The position numbers and the translations under genes are program-made. DNA of 64,000 nt from Botryllus schlosseri (lineage: Eukaryota). Positions 23,801-37,208 of this stretch are shown here, piece by piece (the stretch's first letter is position 1; every line of letters starts with the position of its first letter). A model generated the notes under the pieces. The model was not told the origin of the DNA. It did no database searches and saw only the letters and a program-made list of their open reading frames with translations. The stretch is taken from NCBI GenBank assembly GCA_051294905.1, contig CM119373.1, forward strand, positions 622,001 to 686,000, read 5' to 3'.

Positions 23801-26800
23801 TAGCATGTCAAATTTCGTCACACATTTGATGATGGAACAACTTTAAAACTAACGCGGCTCTACATCGATTTTTTGCGTACATCTGTTTTGCGGGAGCGTA
23901 TAGCACGTACCCATACATAGTCAACAATAATAATGGAATTGCCATGCTTAGCATAGAATACCAACTCGAAACTTGATACGTAGTTGTAGGACATTATGGC
24001 AATGCACTATGCTAAATTTCATCAAACATCTAATGATGAAACACCTTTAAAACTAACGCAGTCGAATACCGACTTTTATGCATATCGGTTTTGCATGAAC
24101 ATAGCATATACCTATACATAGTCAATTTTAATAACAGAATTAGCATGCTAAACATTAAATTCTCACCTTGAAGGACATAATGACAATACACCATACCAAA
24201 TTTGATCACACATTTCATGATGTAACTCCTTTAAAACTAACGCAGTTCTCTACACACTTTTGCGTGAATCTGTTTGTCGGTAGCGTAGCACATACCTATA
24301 CATAGTACGCTTTTAACGGAATTACCATGCTAATAATCAAATCCCGACCCTTAAACTTGGTACGCAGTTTTAGGACATTATGAAAATACACCATACCAAA
24401 TTTCGTCGGACATTTCATGATGTAACACCTTTAAAACCAACTCAGTTCTATACCGACTTTTGACTAAATCTGTTTTTCCGTTGCGCAGCACGTACCTACA
24501 CATAGTATACACACTCAACTATAATAACGGAATCACCATGTTAATAATCGACTCCCCACCTTGAAACTAGGTACGCAGTTGTAAGACATTATGACAATGC
24601 ACCATGTCAAATTTTGTTACGCATTTCATGATTGAACAGCTTTAAAACTAACACAGTTCTATACCGACATTTGCGTAAATCTGTTTGGCGGGAGCGTAGC
24701 ACGTATTTGTGCATAGTCAACTTTAATAACGGAATTACAATGCTAAACATTGAATGCGTAACTTGAAAACTGGTTCACGGGTGTAGGACATTATGACAAT
24801 GGAACATATTAAATTTCATCACACATTTCATGATGGAACACCTTTAATTGAAGCCTACGGAACTCTGCAAATTGTTTCGATTTATTCTGCCCGTTTTAAT
24901 TTAAGATAAGGAAGCCCATTTTACTCAATGTATCGATGCGTACGTTACTCTACAAATTTTTCTGATTAATTCTCCCTATGTTAATTTATCATAAGAAAGA
25001 TGATTTGACTCCTAAAGTACGAAATACTTGCTCGCTTGAGCTAAGCCGCAGCGCTTGGAGTGGAATTTTACGAAGTATGTGGACGCATTTCAAAGGAGCA
25101 TACTTTACGCTCTAATTCGATTCCCACACATTCCATATAATTACTAACTGAACCATTGAGTACCAGCCTTGAAATTTTGCGTAGTACTAGCTGGCATGTA
25201 TACAATTTCATGGCACCCGACAGTACGACGGAGACTATCAAAATATCGAAAGAAGTTCTCTATTCTTTTCTGAAATAATCAAGGTTTCATCAGGACTTCC
25301 CTTCATATAAACTCCAGCAGAATCATTATTAACCCCTCAAGTTTACTCAATTTACTCGAATTTGATACTCGAGTACTAAATCCCTATTTTCCGCAAGTAT
25401 GATAGTGGCTATCGCACGATACTCAACGATTCGTAATTTTGCTGGAATACAAGTACAATTAGGGATTTAAAAGTAACTAATATAGGTGGTTATGTTTGTA
25501 GGTTATTTACACGTATAGTGATCGGTCTTTCAGGACAAACTACCTACTTTTAGGACTTCATATTTTAAAGTAGTTTGAGGTTACGTTTGTATCACCTTGA
25601 CAAGTGCTATGATTATGCTGCATACCAAATTTCATCACACATTTCATGATGGAACAACTTTAAAACTAACGCAGTTCTATAGCAACTTTTGCCTAAATCT
25701 GTTTTCGGTAGCTTGTACATATACATAGTCAGATTTAATAACAGAATTATCATGCTAATATGTGACTCCTCACCTTGAAACTTGGTACGTAGTTGTAGGA
25801 CATTGTGATTATGCAGCATACCAAATTTCCTCACGCATTTCATAATGGAACAACTTTAAAACTAATGCGGTTCTACATCGACTTTTTGCGTACATCTGTT
25901 TTGCGTGGGGGGCGTATAGCACGTACCTCTACATAGTCAACTTTAACAACGGAATTACCATGCTTAACATCGAATCCCAACTCGAAACTTGATACGTAGT
26001 TGTAGGACATTATGGCAATGCACCATGCTAAATTTCATCACACATCTAATGATGGAACACCTTTAAAACTAACGCAGTCGAATACCGACTTTTACGCATA
26101 TCTGTTTTGCGTGAACATAGCATATTACGAATCGTTGAGTATCGTGCGATAGCCACTATCATACTTGCGGAAAATAGGGATTTAGTACTCGAGTATCAAA
26201 TTCGAGTAAATTGAGTAAACTTGAGGGGTTAATAATGATTCTGCTGGAGTTTATATGAAGGGAAGTCCTGATGAAACCTTGATTATTTCAGAAAAGAATA
26301 GAGAACTTCTTTCGATATTTTGATAGTCTCCGTCGTACTGTCGGGTGCCATGAAATTGTATACATGCCAGCTAGTACTACGCAAAATTTCAAGGCTGGTA
26401 CTCAATGGTTCAGTTAGTAATTATATGGAATGTGTGGGAATCGAATTAGAGCGTAAAGTATGCTCCTTTGAAATGCGTCCACATACTTCGTAAAATTCCA
26501 CTCCAAGCGCTGCGGCTTAGCTCAAGCGAGCAAGTATTTCGTACTTTAGGAGTCAAATCATCTTTCTTATGATAAATTAACATAGGGAGAATTAATCAGA
26601 AAAATTTGTAGAGTAACGTACGCATCGATACATTGAGTAAAATGGGCTTCCTTATCTTAAATTAAAACGGGCAGAATAAATCGAAACAATTTGCAGAGTT
26701 CCGTAGGCTTCAATTAAAGGTGTTCCATCATGAAATGTGTGATGAAATTTAATATGTTCCATTGTCATAATGTCCTACACCCGTGAACCAGTTTTCAAGT

Positions 26801-29800
26801 TACGCATTCAATGTTTAGCATTGTAATTCCGTTATTAAAGTTGACTATGCACAGGTACGTGCTACGCTCCCGCCAAACAGATTTACGCAAATGTCGGTAT
26901 AGAACTGTGTTAGTTTTAAAGTTGTTCAATCATGAAATGCGTAACAAAATTTGACATGGTGCATTGTCATAATGTCTTACAACTGCGTACCTAGTTTCAA
27001 GGTGGGGAGTCGATTATTAACATGGTGATTCCGTTATTATAGTTGAGTGTGTATACTATGTGTAGGTACGTGCTGCGCAACGGAAAAACAGATTTAGTCA
27101 AAAGTCGGTATAGAACTGAGTTGGTTTTAAAGGTGTTACATCATGAAATGTCCGACGAAATTTGGTATGGTGTATTTTCATAATGTCCTAAAACTGCGTA
27201 CCAAGTTTAAGGGTCGGGATTTGATTATTAGCATGGTAATTCCGTTAAAAGCGTACTATGTATAGGTATGTGCTACGCTACCGACAAACAGATTCACGCA
27301 AAAGTGTGTAGAGAACTGCGTTAGTTTTAAAGGAGTTACATCATGAAATGTGTGATCAAATTTGGTATGGTGTATTGTCATTATGTCCTTCAAGGTGAGA
27401 ATTTAATGTTTAGCATGCTAATTCTGTTATTAAAATTGACTATGTATAGGTATATGCTATGTTCATGCAAAACCGATATGCATAAAAGTCGGTATTCGAC
27501 TGCGTTAGTTTTAAAGGTGTTTCATCATTAGATGTTTGATGAAATTTAGCATAGTGCATTGCCATAATGTCCTACAACTACGTATCAAGTTTCGAGTTGG
27601 TATTCTATGCTAAGCATGGCAATTCCATTATTATTGTTGACTATGTATGGGTACGTGCTATACGCTCCCGCAAAACAGATGTACGCAAAAAATCGATGTA
27701 GAGCCGCGTTAGTTTTAAAGTTGTTCCATCATCAAATGTGTGACGAAATTTGACATGCTACATAATCACCAAATCCTGCAACTACGTACCAGGTTTCAAG
27801 TTGAAGAGTCACATATTGACATGATAATTCCGTTATTAAAGCTGACTATGTATAGGTACGCGCTACCGAAAAACAGATTTACGCGAAGTTGGTATAGAAC
27901 TGCGTTAGATTTAAAGTTATTCCATCATGAAATGTGTGACGATATTTGGTATGCTGCATAATCACAATGTCCTACAACTATCATAAAATGTGTGACGAAA
28001 TTTAGAGTGGTGCATTTTCATATTATCCTACAACTGCGTACCAAGATTCAGGGTGGGAATTTGATTATTAGCATGATAATTCCGTTATTAAAGCTTACTA
28101 TGTATAGGTACCTGCTACGCTACCGAAAAACAGATTCATGCTAAAGTCTGTAGAAAGCTGCGTTAGTTCCAAAGGTGTTACATCATGAAATGTGTGACGA
28201 AATTTGGTATGGTGCATTGTTAATATGGCCTACAACTGCGTACCAACTTTCAAGGTGAGTATTTAATGTTTAGCATGCTAATTCTATTATGAAAATTGAC
28301 TATGTATATATCGATTCTCTAAACTTGTTGCTTGTGCGATTTATCAGCGGTGTGCAAAGGGTTAGGAGCGTTTTTAATATAGTTCCACATTCTAGTTGTT
28401 TTGATGTAAGGAGAAATCTTTCGATATCTCACCACTTTTCGTTACTAAAGTAAATTGTGTGCGTGTTAGCTTTGTGAAACGTAAGTCAAATACGTATCTA
28501 CTATTTTGTGGAAGTAACTAAATTATTGGGATGACATTAATAGGTCTCTCAAGCAGTGACCGTGGTTTTGTTTTTGAAAGATGTCGCGATGTTGGTATAA
28601 TATTTTCTACAACTCAAACTCGGACGAAATCATGAACGTACAGGACTTACGATAAACATATATTGCGCACATACAACTTTGTTAAAAGAGTTAAACTTAT
28701 CAACTCTGAAAGCTAGCGCAATTTGTGGTATTTGTATGTTATCTAATTTTGCGTACTTCGCGCTTACATTATGTTGAAAACATGAGTTACTTAACATCTC
28801 GAATCATGAGTATGAATAACTTTTTTGACTCAAATATAACGTACAGGGTTTGGGATTCGAACTCACGTGAACACTTGTTCATTGGAACTTAAGTCCAACA
28901 CCAAAAGGCTCTACTTCACAAAATTTTCGGAGTACCGACTTTTTTGGGTAAATTCTGTTATGCGCTTAGGTACTAACTTTGAAAGCAAGCAAAGTTTTTG
29001 GTATTTGATCAACATGGAAATTCGTGCACTTTACGTTTAGGTTATGTTGAAAACATGAGTTACTTAACAACATTTCGACTCATAGGTGTGATAATTTAAA
29101 ATACAGAGTATTAAAGTCATTAATGCATCGGTCGCACGGCAATAAGTTTTGTCAGCTTATTATATGCTCAGTATATTATATGTCAAGAATTGTAGAGCAT
29201 TTTTGTGGGTGCTCCAGGGTGCTCTTCATTGAGTGTCCGTGGTGAGCGATAAGTTTAATTCGCAAAATTTGTGTGTTCAAATCAGCCCTGTCGTCAACAT
29301 AGTGATGTCGCATTAGCCCTAAATACACATGATAGATGCAATTCCGCTCGAATACAAGTACAAGTAGAGATTTCAAAGTAAGTAAGTGGTTATGTTCGTA
29401 GACTAACCCCACTTCTACGTAACGATTTTTCGGTAAGTAGTTATGTTTCTAGGCTACTTTTACTTCTATTTAACAGGTTTTCATAGAAATCTGCTTACTT
29501 TTACAACTTTATATTTTGTGAAGTAGATAGTAGTTTAAGGTTATGTTTGTCTAACCTTGACGAGTGCTATTGTCACACTCGATCACCATATTTAAATCAT
29601 GGCTATCTCAATGATGTTGACTAAATTTACGGCTTCAGATCGTGCTAATTAGACCTAATCGTTATAACGCTGGGGTTCGCGTACAGGCATCGAAAGTGTT
29701 TGTATAAATAAAGCCCTGCGAATCGCACGCCTACGGCTATAGTTCGTTCGATTATTTTCACCTTGGGATTCGCGTATATGCTACTATAAGCTGTTACGAC

Positions 29801-30579
29801 TTTAGAAAATTCTACAAGACTGTTCGGAACGCGCACATGCGAGTGATTTGTTTCCGTACCTCCGAACTGGAGAATCGCTTGCCTGCGTCTAATGAAAATA
29901 AGTCGTAAAATGTGGAGGCTGCAGAGAGCGTAACTTGTATACATAAAATCAAGTTTAAAAATATGGACGGATGAGTTATCTCTGACCAATAGAGTAATAT
30001 AACCGCCTATAGTTTAGTGGGGTATTGCTATAATGTATATCCAAACAATCGTTGTAGACTCTGAATGTTACCTAGGTCCTTATCACAAAAAATCATGCAT
30101 CAGAAGCGTAGGGATTCATATTATCAAGTCGCAGCGCTCAAAATCGCATTTTATATTAAGTAATTAGTGATGATGTGTAGAATTTTGATATTAATAATAT
30201 TATCCGGAGAATATAGCCTTGCATAGACATCATATTTCTCGCATTTACGTATAATCTGAATAGGAATTTAAATACATAGTCTTAAATACACATAAAGAAA
30301 ATCTGTCGATTCTAGCTAAGGTATGTTTTGACGCGGCAATCATAAGTCGTAAAATGTGGAAACTGCAGAAACCGTAACTTGTACACATAAAATCAAGTTT
30401 AAAACATATGGACGGATGATATTTGTCCTAAATACACATAATACAATATCTGAGAAAAGTATCAAGATGCGGCAATCAATGCAGCGATGATATTGCAATG
30501 GATGGATGATGTGGCACTATAGGCGTGGCGCTTGATGATGTGGCACACATGACGTAGCAGATGAATGTACCCTTCAGTG
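20886..30579. mobile_element. Giant palindromic (foldback-like) non-autonomous element with CACTG...CAGTG ends and 2-bp TSD (EnSpm/CACTA-like)
   Basis: TSD ct (20884-20885, 30580-30581); removing it restores host codons gaa aga ctg ctc agt gct (ERLLSA). Arms 20987-25437 and 26124-30574 are reverse complements with constant coordinate sum 51561. Confidence 0.85.
23250..24850. repeat. Diverged ~200-bp tandem repeat array (mirrored at ~26710-28310; further units ~25600-26123)
   Basis: Anchor aaattt(c)gtcacacatttcatgatg recurs at ~23356, 23558, 23614, 23810, 24014, 24197, 24397, 24609, 24811. Confidence 0.9.
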
Positions 30580-31141
30580 CTCAGTGCTCACCTGCTCAAG
30601 CTAAATCGGTAGAGTTCGGAATATTACAAAGTTTGTAGTACAAAGGCGGTACGAACACGAACCAAGCAAACTTTTCCTGTGGATCAGCAAGCTTAGTGGC
30701 ATCACCAATATGTTACATATACAGGCCTATGCCTTTACGATCTAGACTTGGCCTGAGATCATCAGTTCAAGAACTGGAAGGCGTGTCCAAGCCTAACTGG
30801 TGGAGTTCGCATTACAAACAGGCCATTGCACTGGTCAGTAGATAAACTGCCCAGTGACCTAATAATTCGATGTGATGCAATATAAATATTCATTGGACGT
30901 AAGACACTAATGTGCTTCCACTAATTATATTTTCAACAGCCTCTAATCCTTGGTTAGGTACACGAGTAAACAACACTTGTTATAGATCTAATGTGCTAAT
31001 TGTTAGTTGAAAAAATGCTAAATTCTGCTGTTAACCAACATGAATGTGTGCCAAAATTCCAATATTTTGCATTCAAACATGCCAAATGCCAACACTGGCA
31101 CCGGCCACTATCACCTACATTCCTACAAGGTCCGTATACAA

Positions 31142-32567
31142 CAGGGCCGGCCAACCTGTGGCCCGTGGGCCACGTGACCCCGCGAGAAGGTTTTGAGTAG
31201 CCCGCGAGGTCATTTCCGAAATTAGTAATATTATCAAAAATGGATTGCACAGATTGTGAACTTGCAAGGCCAACCAAAAATTTGATTAGTCTGGCCGCAA
31301 CACTTGAGATGTGATGACTAAAATATCAGTTCCGACGCATTGGCAGATCCATGAGCCAGTTACATTTTGGTAGATCTTCGTACACCACAATAAAGCAGAA
31401 TAATTTGCGATAGATTTATCAAAAGTAAAAATTTTCTATACACGCTTCGCGCAACATGTTGTCACTCGATTTCTTGCTTTTAATATGATTTCACCTTTGT
31501 GAAAATGAAAGAACGCCTAATGCAGCGGTTCTCAACCGGGGGTCCGTGAAGCATTTTCAGGGGGTCCGCGAAGCCTCTAAATTTGTAAAATGATCCGACA
31601 AGCTACTTTTTATTTATTTATTTTCAATTAGGAAAAGCATGAGCCGGTATCGCTTTACAATTGCTCAAACTTTAGGACTCACAGCATTGAAATGGTCGCC
31701 TGAGATGAAATGTCCGAATGTGCAAACTCATTACAATTGTCAAATTACCAATAGCCTGCTGATGCAAACATATTGCAGTTTAGATATGTTTTGTTGGGGT
31801 TTGTCAAAAAATGAAATGTTGAAGACTTTCTCCTGTGATAAATCAACTAAAAAACTTCAATATGAGATGCTAGATGGAAAGTACTAGGCTGGACGTGATA
31901 TGTTCATTATTAACTCACAACAACAGCTGTAGTCGGAAGCGTTACGCATTACGACATTCGACAATACTTCTTTGTGGAAATGGATTTTCAAGACAATAAA
32001 CACAGCTGAATAATTCCCTTCGAACTAATAAAAGTCTACCCAATTTCCACATATAGTGTGCAGTTATTTCTAAGAAAAGTCATTTTGTGGCTATTTATCG
32101 CTAGCCTCCTATTAATATTCGCACAAGACAGATGACGGTTGCACGATAAATGAGCTAATTTTGAACAAAAACTTGAGGGGGTCCGCGAACACAAAAAGGT
32201 TAAGAACCACTGGCCTAATGTATCAGATTGAGTCTAACCATATTCGCGATTACGAGACAAAGTGTTGTCGCTCAACATATATGCGACCTTGCGTTTGCGC
32301 TCGCAGAAAAGCCGTCGACTATGAAACCTAGGCACAAAATGATTGATGCATGTTGGTCGAAACTTTCGATATCTACATGCAGGCGACGAATAGTCCATTC
32401 CTTGCAAACTGAGCCCAGCGATATACAGCAGGCCAGCAATATCGCCAAGTGAAAATATTATTGACCTATGAACTTCGAAACATTTTCGCGCTTAGCGTGG
32501 CTAGTGGCCCGCGCAATAGTTCGTCAATCAAATGTTGCCCTTTGGCTGAAAATGTTGGCCACCCCTG
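31142..32567. mobile_element. hAT MITE containing nested MITE 31523-32212
   Basis: Ends cagggccggccaac/gttggccacccctg; TSD gtatacaa/gtatacag. Confidence 0.85.
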
Positions 32568-32869
32568 GTATACAGTATAAATAAACGCTGGATGTTTCCG
32601 AGCAATTGATATCGATTCCACTCCTTCTTTTTTCCATGCAGTGACGTAATCGTCTCGCGCGGAAATATTCTCTCAAACTTTGCAATATACACGCATCGGG
32701 AGCGTTTCTCACTTGTGAACTAGAAAAGCCTAGCTACCAGCAACTTTTTAGAATTGCTTCCAAAAGACAAAATTTACGGGTTCACTGTACTTAATATCGT
32801 GTTAAGTTTATTTGAATTATTCCACGTCGGAAAAAGTGAGAAACATGGACAATTTTCATTCGCTCTCAT

Positions 32870-33000
32870 CCGGATTTTTCATTCGCACCATTCGCACCAC
32901 CCTTGCCGTTCGCACTCATCCGGGTTTTTCATTCGCACCATTCGCACCATTCGCACCACGCTTGCCATTCGCACTGAAACTTTTTTCATTCGCACCAGTG
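32870..33000 (+). repeat. Short tandem cattcgcac repeats inside the hAT element
   Basis: Repeated ttttcattcgcaccattcgcaccac units. Confidence 0.85.
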
Positions 33001-34242
33001 CGAACCGTCACACAGGTTGAAAAGCACTGCCCTAGATCATTTATTTTATGTTCAAGCATATCAATGGCTGTAAAGTTGTTGAAATAAATGCTCTGATGTG
33101 TTAAATATGGGCCTTGAGCTAGATTCCATATATTTTGAATATCGGCTGAATATATCGGGGTTATCGGTGGAGGTACTGGATATCGGTCTTATCGGTATCG
33201 GCTCAGAAATCCAATATCGGTCGGGCTCTAGTCACAAGCAACGCAGTCAAATACAAAGTTGTCGGAGGAGTGGAAACACGACCATCCTGTTTGACTTACA
33301 GCAATCAGTATAAATCTACCTTAATACAGCATGCCGGGGTAAACGAGGAAGTTGAGTCTGTGGATAGGTGTTTTTAAATATGAAGCGCGATGTGCCTGGG
33401 CATGAGTTGACTAACTTTTGCTTAGTATGCTTAGTATTTGAGAATTAACGTGTGTACCTTTTGAGCTGTTAATCATAAACTGATCTTTATCGCTATATTA
33501 AACATACAGCACGTTTAATTACGTTGGGAAGTCCACTACCCCTCTGCGCTGCGAATCTGCGTGCTAAATGTGTACAGGGATAAGTTCCATTAATTAAATC
33601 ATGCATCACAATGTGCAGGTATAAATTTATAGAAACGCCTTTGAAGCCCAAAGTAACGAAATATAGTCTTGAAACACGCTACGTTTTTCTCCTTAGATGT
33701 TATAGCTCACTCGCTTTATATCGTTTTCTCAATCTAATAGTGTTGCAGCTGCGGATCGTACCACTACGCTATCTCGCCAGCTCAATGCAGGTGCTATCTG
33801 CAGTACTGAACAACCGTGTCATTTTTCATTTATTACGGTACATAACTCCCAAATATACGGAAAAGTGAATGCGCCACATAGTATTCAGTGACTGAAATAT
33901 AATTACCCATATATTCATATATAGGAATTTTGAAAAGCGTCAAAACGTTATTTTGTAACTATGTTATATGTATACATATCAGCAAACATGAACTGAAAAT
34001 TCAATATGTAAATTGGTTTCCTAGTCAACAAGCTCACCAACTGATCAGTATGAGGTCGATTCCCACACCGAGGACAAAACCAACAATATGGCCCATATCA
34101 TAATCATAAACTCGCTATTGCAGTACAGAGATGAAATTCTTGTTCACATAATGATGATTGACTATTCATTTTATATAAATATAGATTAAAATTAGAGTTA
34201 AATTTTCATCGAATACATTCATACATATTCATAATAAGCCAA

Positions 34243-35798
34243 TAGGGATGGTGTGAACGCGAGGTTCACGTTCGCGTTCTGTGTGTGAACCTCGGAAATC
34301 TAGAGGTTCGCGTTCACAACAGAACCTTGGTAGGTTCTACACTGTGAACCTTTTTTATATATTACAATTTTCACTTCGTTACAACATCTTTGGTTCATAT
34401 TTATTGCATTTCAACTGCGGGGCACTCCATGCATGGCGCTGGCAGCATTAAAAATCAACACTAAACGAGCATGCACCTTGACAATCTCAAATGTTTTACT
34501 TGCTTTGTTACAAAAGTTTCCTCGAAACATCCAGGTTTCCGTTCGTCCATCAAAAACATCACGAGCAAAATACGCAGTAAGCGAATGATGCTTATTCCAC
34601 CAATCAATGAAATTGATATCGTTTGCTGATGAAAAAAAATCTAGCAGGCGTACGGGATCAATCTTGACTTCGTATCTTTACTGCATCATTAACACCAAAT
34701 CCGTGCGATTGAGGTGTTGGCCACTGCTGTATAGTGTATAACTTTTGTAGCAAGTATAGAAACCTGTTTTACATTCAGCTCAATATCAATGTAGCGATAC
34801 TCTGACGCCGAATACATTGTCCGGTCTGGTCTCGACCGTTAAGGCGTAAGTTTATGTTCACTGGTAAGTACTCGTCGAAATTGTTGGCAAAGCGACGGAA
34901 AATATTGATTTTATGGGAGTATTATATCCTTTAATTGCCTCAGTTGATACATTTAGGGCAAAGATAATAAAGTTGGATTAGCAATAAAGTCGATTAGCGC
35001 GTTCTTCAGGATTTATCAACCCAGGATTAAGGAAACCGGTTGATCGCGGCGCATAAAGTTAGTGTTAATCTCATGATTTAACAAACTGGAACAACTATAG
35101 ATTTCTAGTTATCTATAGAAACTGCGTACCATTCCTACGTCCAATTATTCCCGATAATGACCGTGCCGATTGTCTCCTAGGTTATGGCTTCACTAAACAA
35201 AAAACGAATTATGTACCCGCCATTGCAAAGCGATATCCGTTTCTTAGCTGTACCGTACTAATTGGACACGACTTACATTTCGCGATGATGATAATTCTAC
35301 CTATTACAGTGGCAGTATCGTCGTTAGCAGCCTGCTGTTTCAGTATGGAGATTGTGGGATCTCAAGTTTTATTCACCAACTAGCAGCCAATATATAACGC
35401 ATTTTCGCATTATGATGCAACAGATAACGCCACTTGATTGAAAACTCGGGACACCTCGACTAACCATCGCGCGTAACCCTCTTCACCTTCATGCGTCGCG
35501 ATTAGCAGTATTTAATCACACGATTAGCATTCTCCCGAATCAGCTAACTTAATTATCTCCGCACTCAGCGACGTTTAAAACACCAATATGTACTTCGGCA
35601 TTGTGGCATTATGTAGCCCGAGTCGTCACTAGGTATCGTGTACATTAGTAGGGTATCACTTCGTTGCAAGATAGGGTTGGAATTAGCAATATTACGTCAC
35701 GTGACGTCATGAGGTTCACGTTCGTGTTCACACAGAACCTTTCAAAAAGGTTCGCGTTCACACGAACCTGAACCTTTCAGAGGTTCACACCATCCCTA
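34243..35798. mobile_element. Non-autonomous hAT with gtgaac/gttcac subterminal repeats (end fragment also at 16819-~16900)
   Basis: TIRs tagggatggtgtgaac/gttcacaccatcccta; TSD taagccaa; empty site ~53415. Confidence 0.95.
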
Positions 35799-36544
35799 TA
35801 AGCCAATGAATTCTGCCTGTAGTACTATTGACGCATATGGCCAAAACAACATCGATTTCATCTCACTCACTAACGAACGAACTTAAATCCGCATCAAATT
35901 TCTATAAGCCAATCCGTCGATTTCGTTCTATATAATACTCATTATTGGATATTCAAATAATATTAATTAGTTATCGTCATTTGTACATGACGTAATTGCT
36001 ACCACCAATATAACCCCGTCAACATTAGCCTATTACATAAAAACGCAATACGGTTAAGACTTGGACAACCAGGAAATTTTCTTATTTTCGAAATTAGATT
36101 TATTATAATTATAGCTACCCGATTTTTTTTTCAATTAGACCAGAAATATAATTATTGCAAGACACTTTTTTTTACCAAATTCGATAAAACTTGAATTGTA
36201 GATATATATTTTTTTCAAAATTGGATCATATTTAGAAATATTGAATTTGCGAAAACTAGGACATTGAATCGAGCTCAGGTCATATCAAATCAGAGTTCAT
36301 CCGCATAAGCATGAGCAGGAATTAACTAGAATTATCTAGCTGTCCAAATCTGATACGATTACTCTCGTCCAATTATGATCAATCACGATTTCCTGTTACT
36401 CGGATAGCTTCCTCGCCACCCAAAAACAAAACCCGCTGGACGAAGGACTGACAAAGGGCAGAAGTTGCATGTGGAATGTTTGAAATCAGTTTTGCCGTCG
36501 CTGACGTAATTCGAGCTGTCATTCGTGTCGTAAACAAACGAAAA

Positions 36545-37208
36545 TCATTTATTTTTGTCGCATGCGTTAGTCCAAGTATAAGCAACTCCATGATCAGGGA
36601 CGATTGAATTGTTGCGATCGAAAGTCACGACTGCATCGCTTGGACAGTAGCAACCGTCAGATTCGTACATTCCAAATATTTCCGTATACTTCAAAGCCCT
36701 CGCCCATATGGTAAACTTTCTATTTCTCCGTGGAAGCCGTCGTCCGGAAACATTTCTTTACCTGGACTTGTTTCGCTGATTGGACCGTCTTGTGAGTGAC
36801 CCAAGATCAGCACGCCATCACCTGGGACGGGATCAGGATTTTGAACTGTAGTGGATGGAAGAGCTGAGCCGTTAATGTAAATAGCCGTCGATGATGTTGT
36901 CTTAACTATGCACAAATGTGACCGGGTTGCTATGGGAGTGTTCATCGCAGTGAAATGACTTTTACTCTCGAATTTCATAGCAATAGCCGACGGATGAATC
37001 TTCACGTGGACGGTTTGGCACTCTGCTGAACTTGGAATAGTCGTCAAAGCGCAGTAGCTGAGCAACGTTCCGGCCACAGGCTCTTTGTCAGGTGCAGGAC
37101 GAACCCAAGCGCATGCCGTGAATGACTTCATCTCTGGAACCACGCCTCCATACTGAACATAGTCGTGGTGTTCTTTACTCGGGAATAGGAAGTGAGATGT
37201 GTTGCACG
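36545..37208 (-). pseudogene. Pentraxin terminal exon, copy B, with 1-nt frameshift (or sequencing error)
   Basis: Same motifs as A/C; aaa at 36713-36715 versus aaaa in A and C. The downstream frame is otherwise open to TGA at 36545-36547. Confidence 0.8.

Larger units (their letters stand above)
19978..33230 (+). mobile_element. hAT element inflated to 13.25 kb by nested insertions
   Basis: TIRs tagagcccgaccgat/atcggtcgggctcta; 8-bp TSD gtcacaag (19970-19977, 33231-33238); empty sites ~16223 and ~52388. Dimerisation-domain relic (FPILA..VPSERLL|SA). Confidence 0.95.
19953..33285 (-). pseudogene. Orphan duplicated 5' half of the pentraxin gene; signal exon split by a hAT insertion and carrying a 1-nt deletion
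   Basis: 19953-19977 plus 33239-33285 reconstitute the signal exon (gtcggagg vs gtcgagagg in A/B). Flanks 18115-19950 and 33285-33660 match copy A/B introns and 5' flank. Confidence 0.8.

Noticed and set aside
26260..26300. ctgatga...gaaa as a further hammerhead (similar partial hits ~17172, ~42849)
   Set aside because: No closing stem II pair, stem I or UH cleavage site.
23250..28310. Regularly spaced repeats as a CRISPR array
   Set aside because: Whole ~200-bp units are homologous (no unique spacers), no cas genes, eukaryotic context.
21572..29989. Mirrored short ORFs (114, 78, 73, 62 aa) as genes
   Set aside because: They are duplicated only because of the palindrome; they have no domain features and mostly non-ATG starts.
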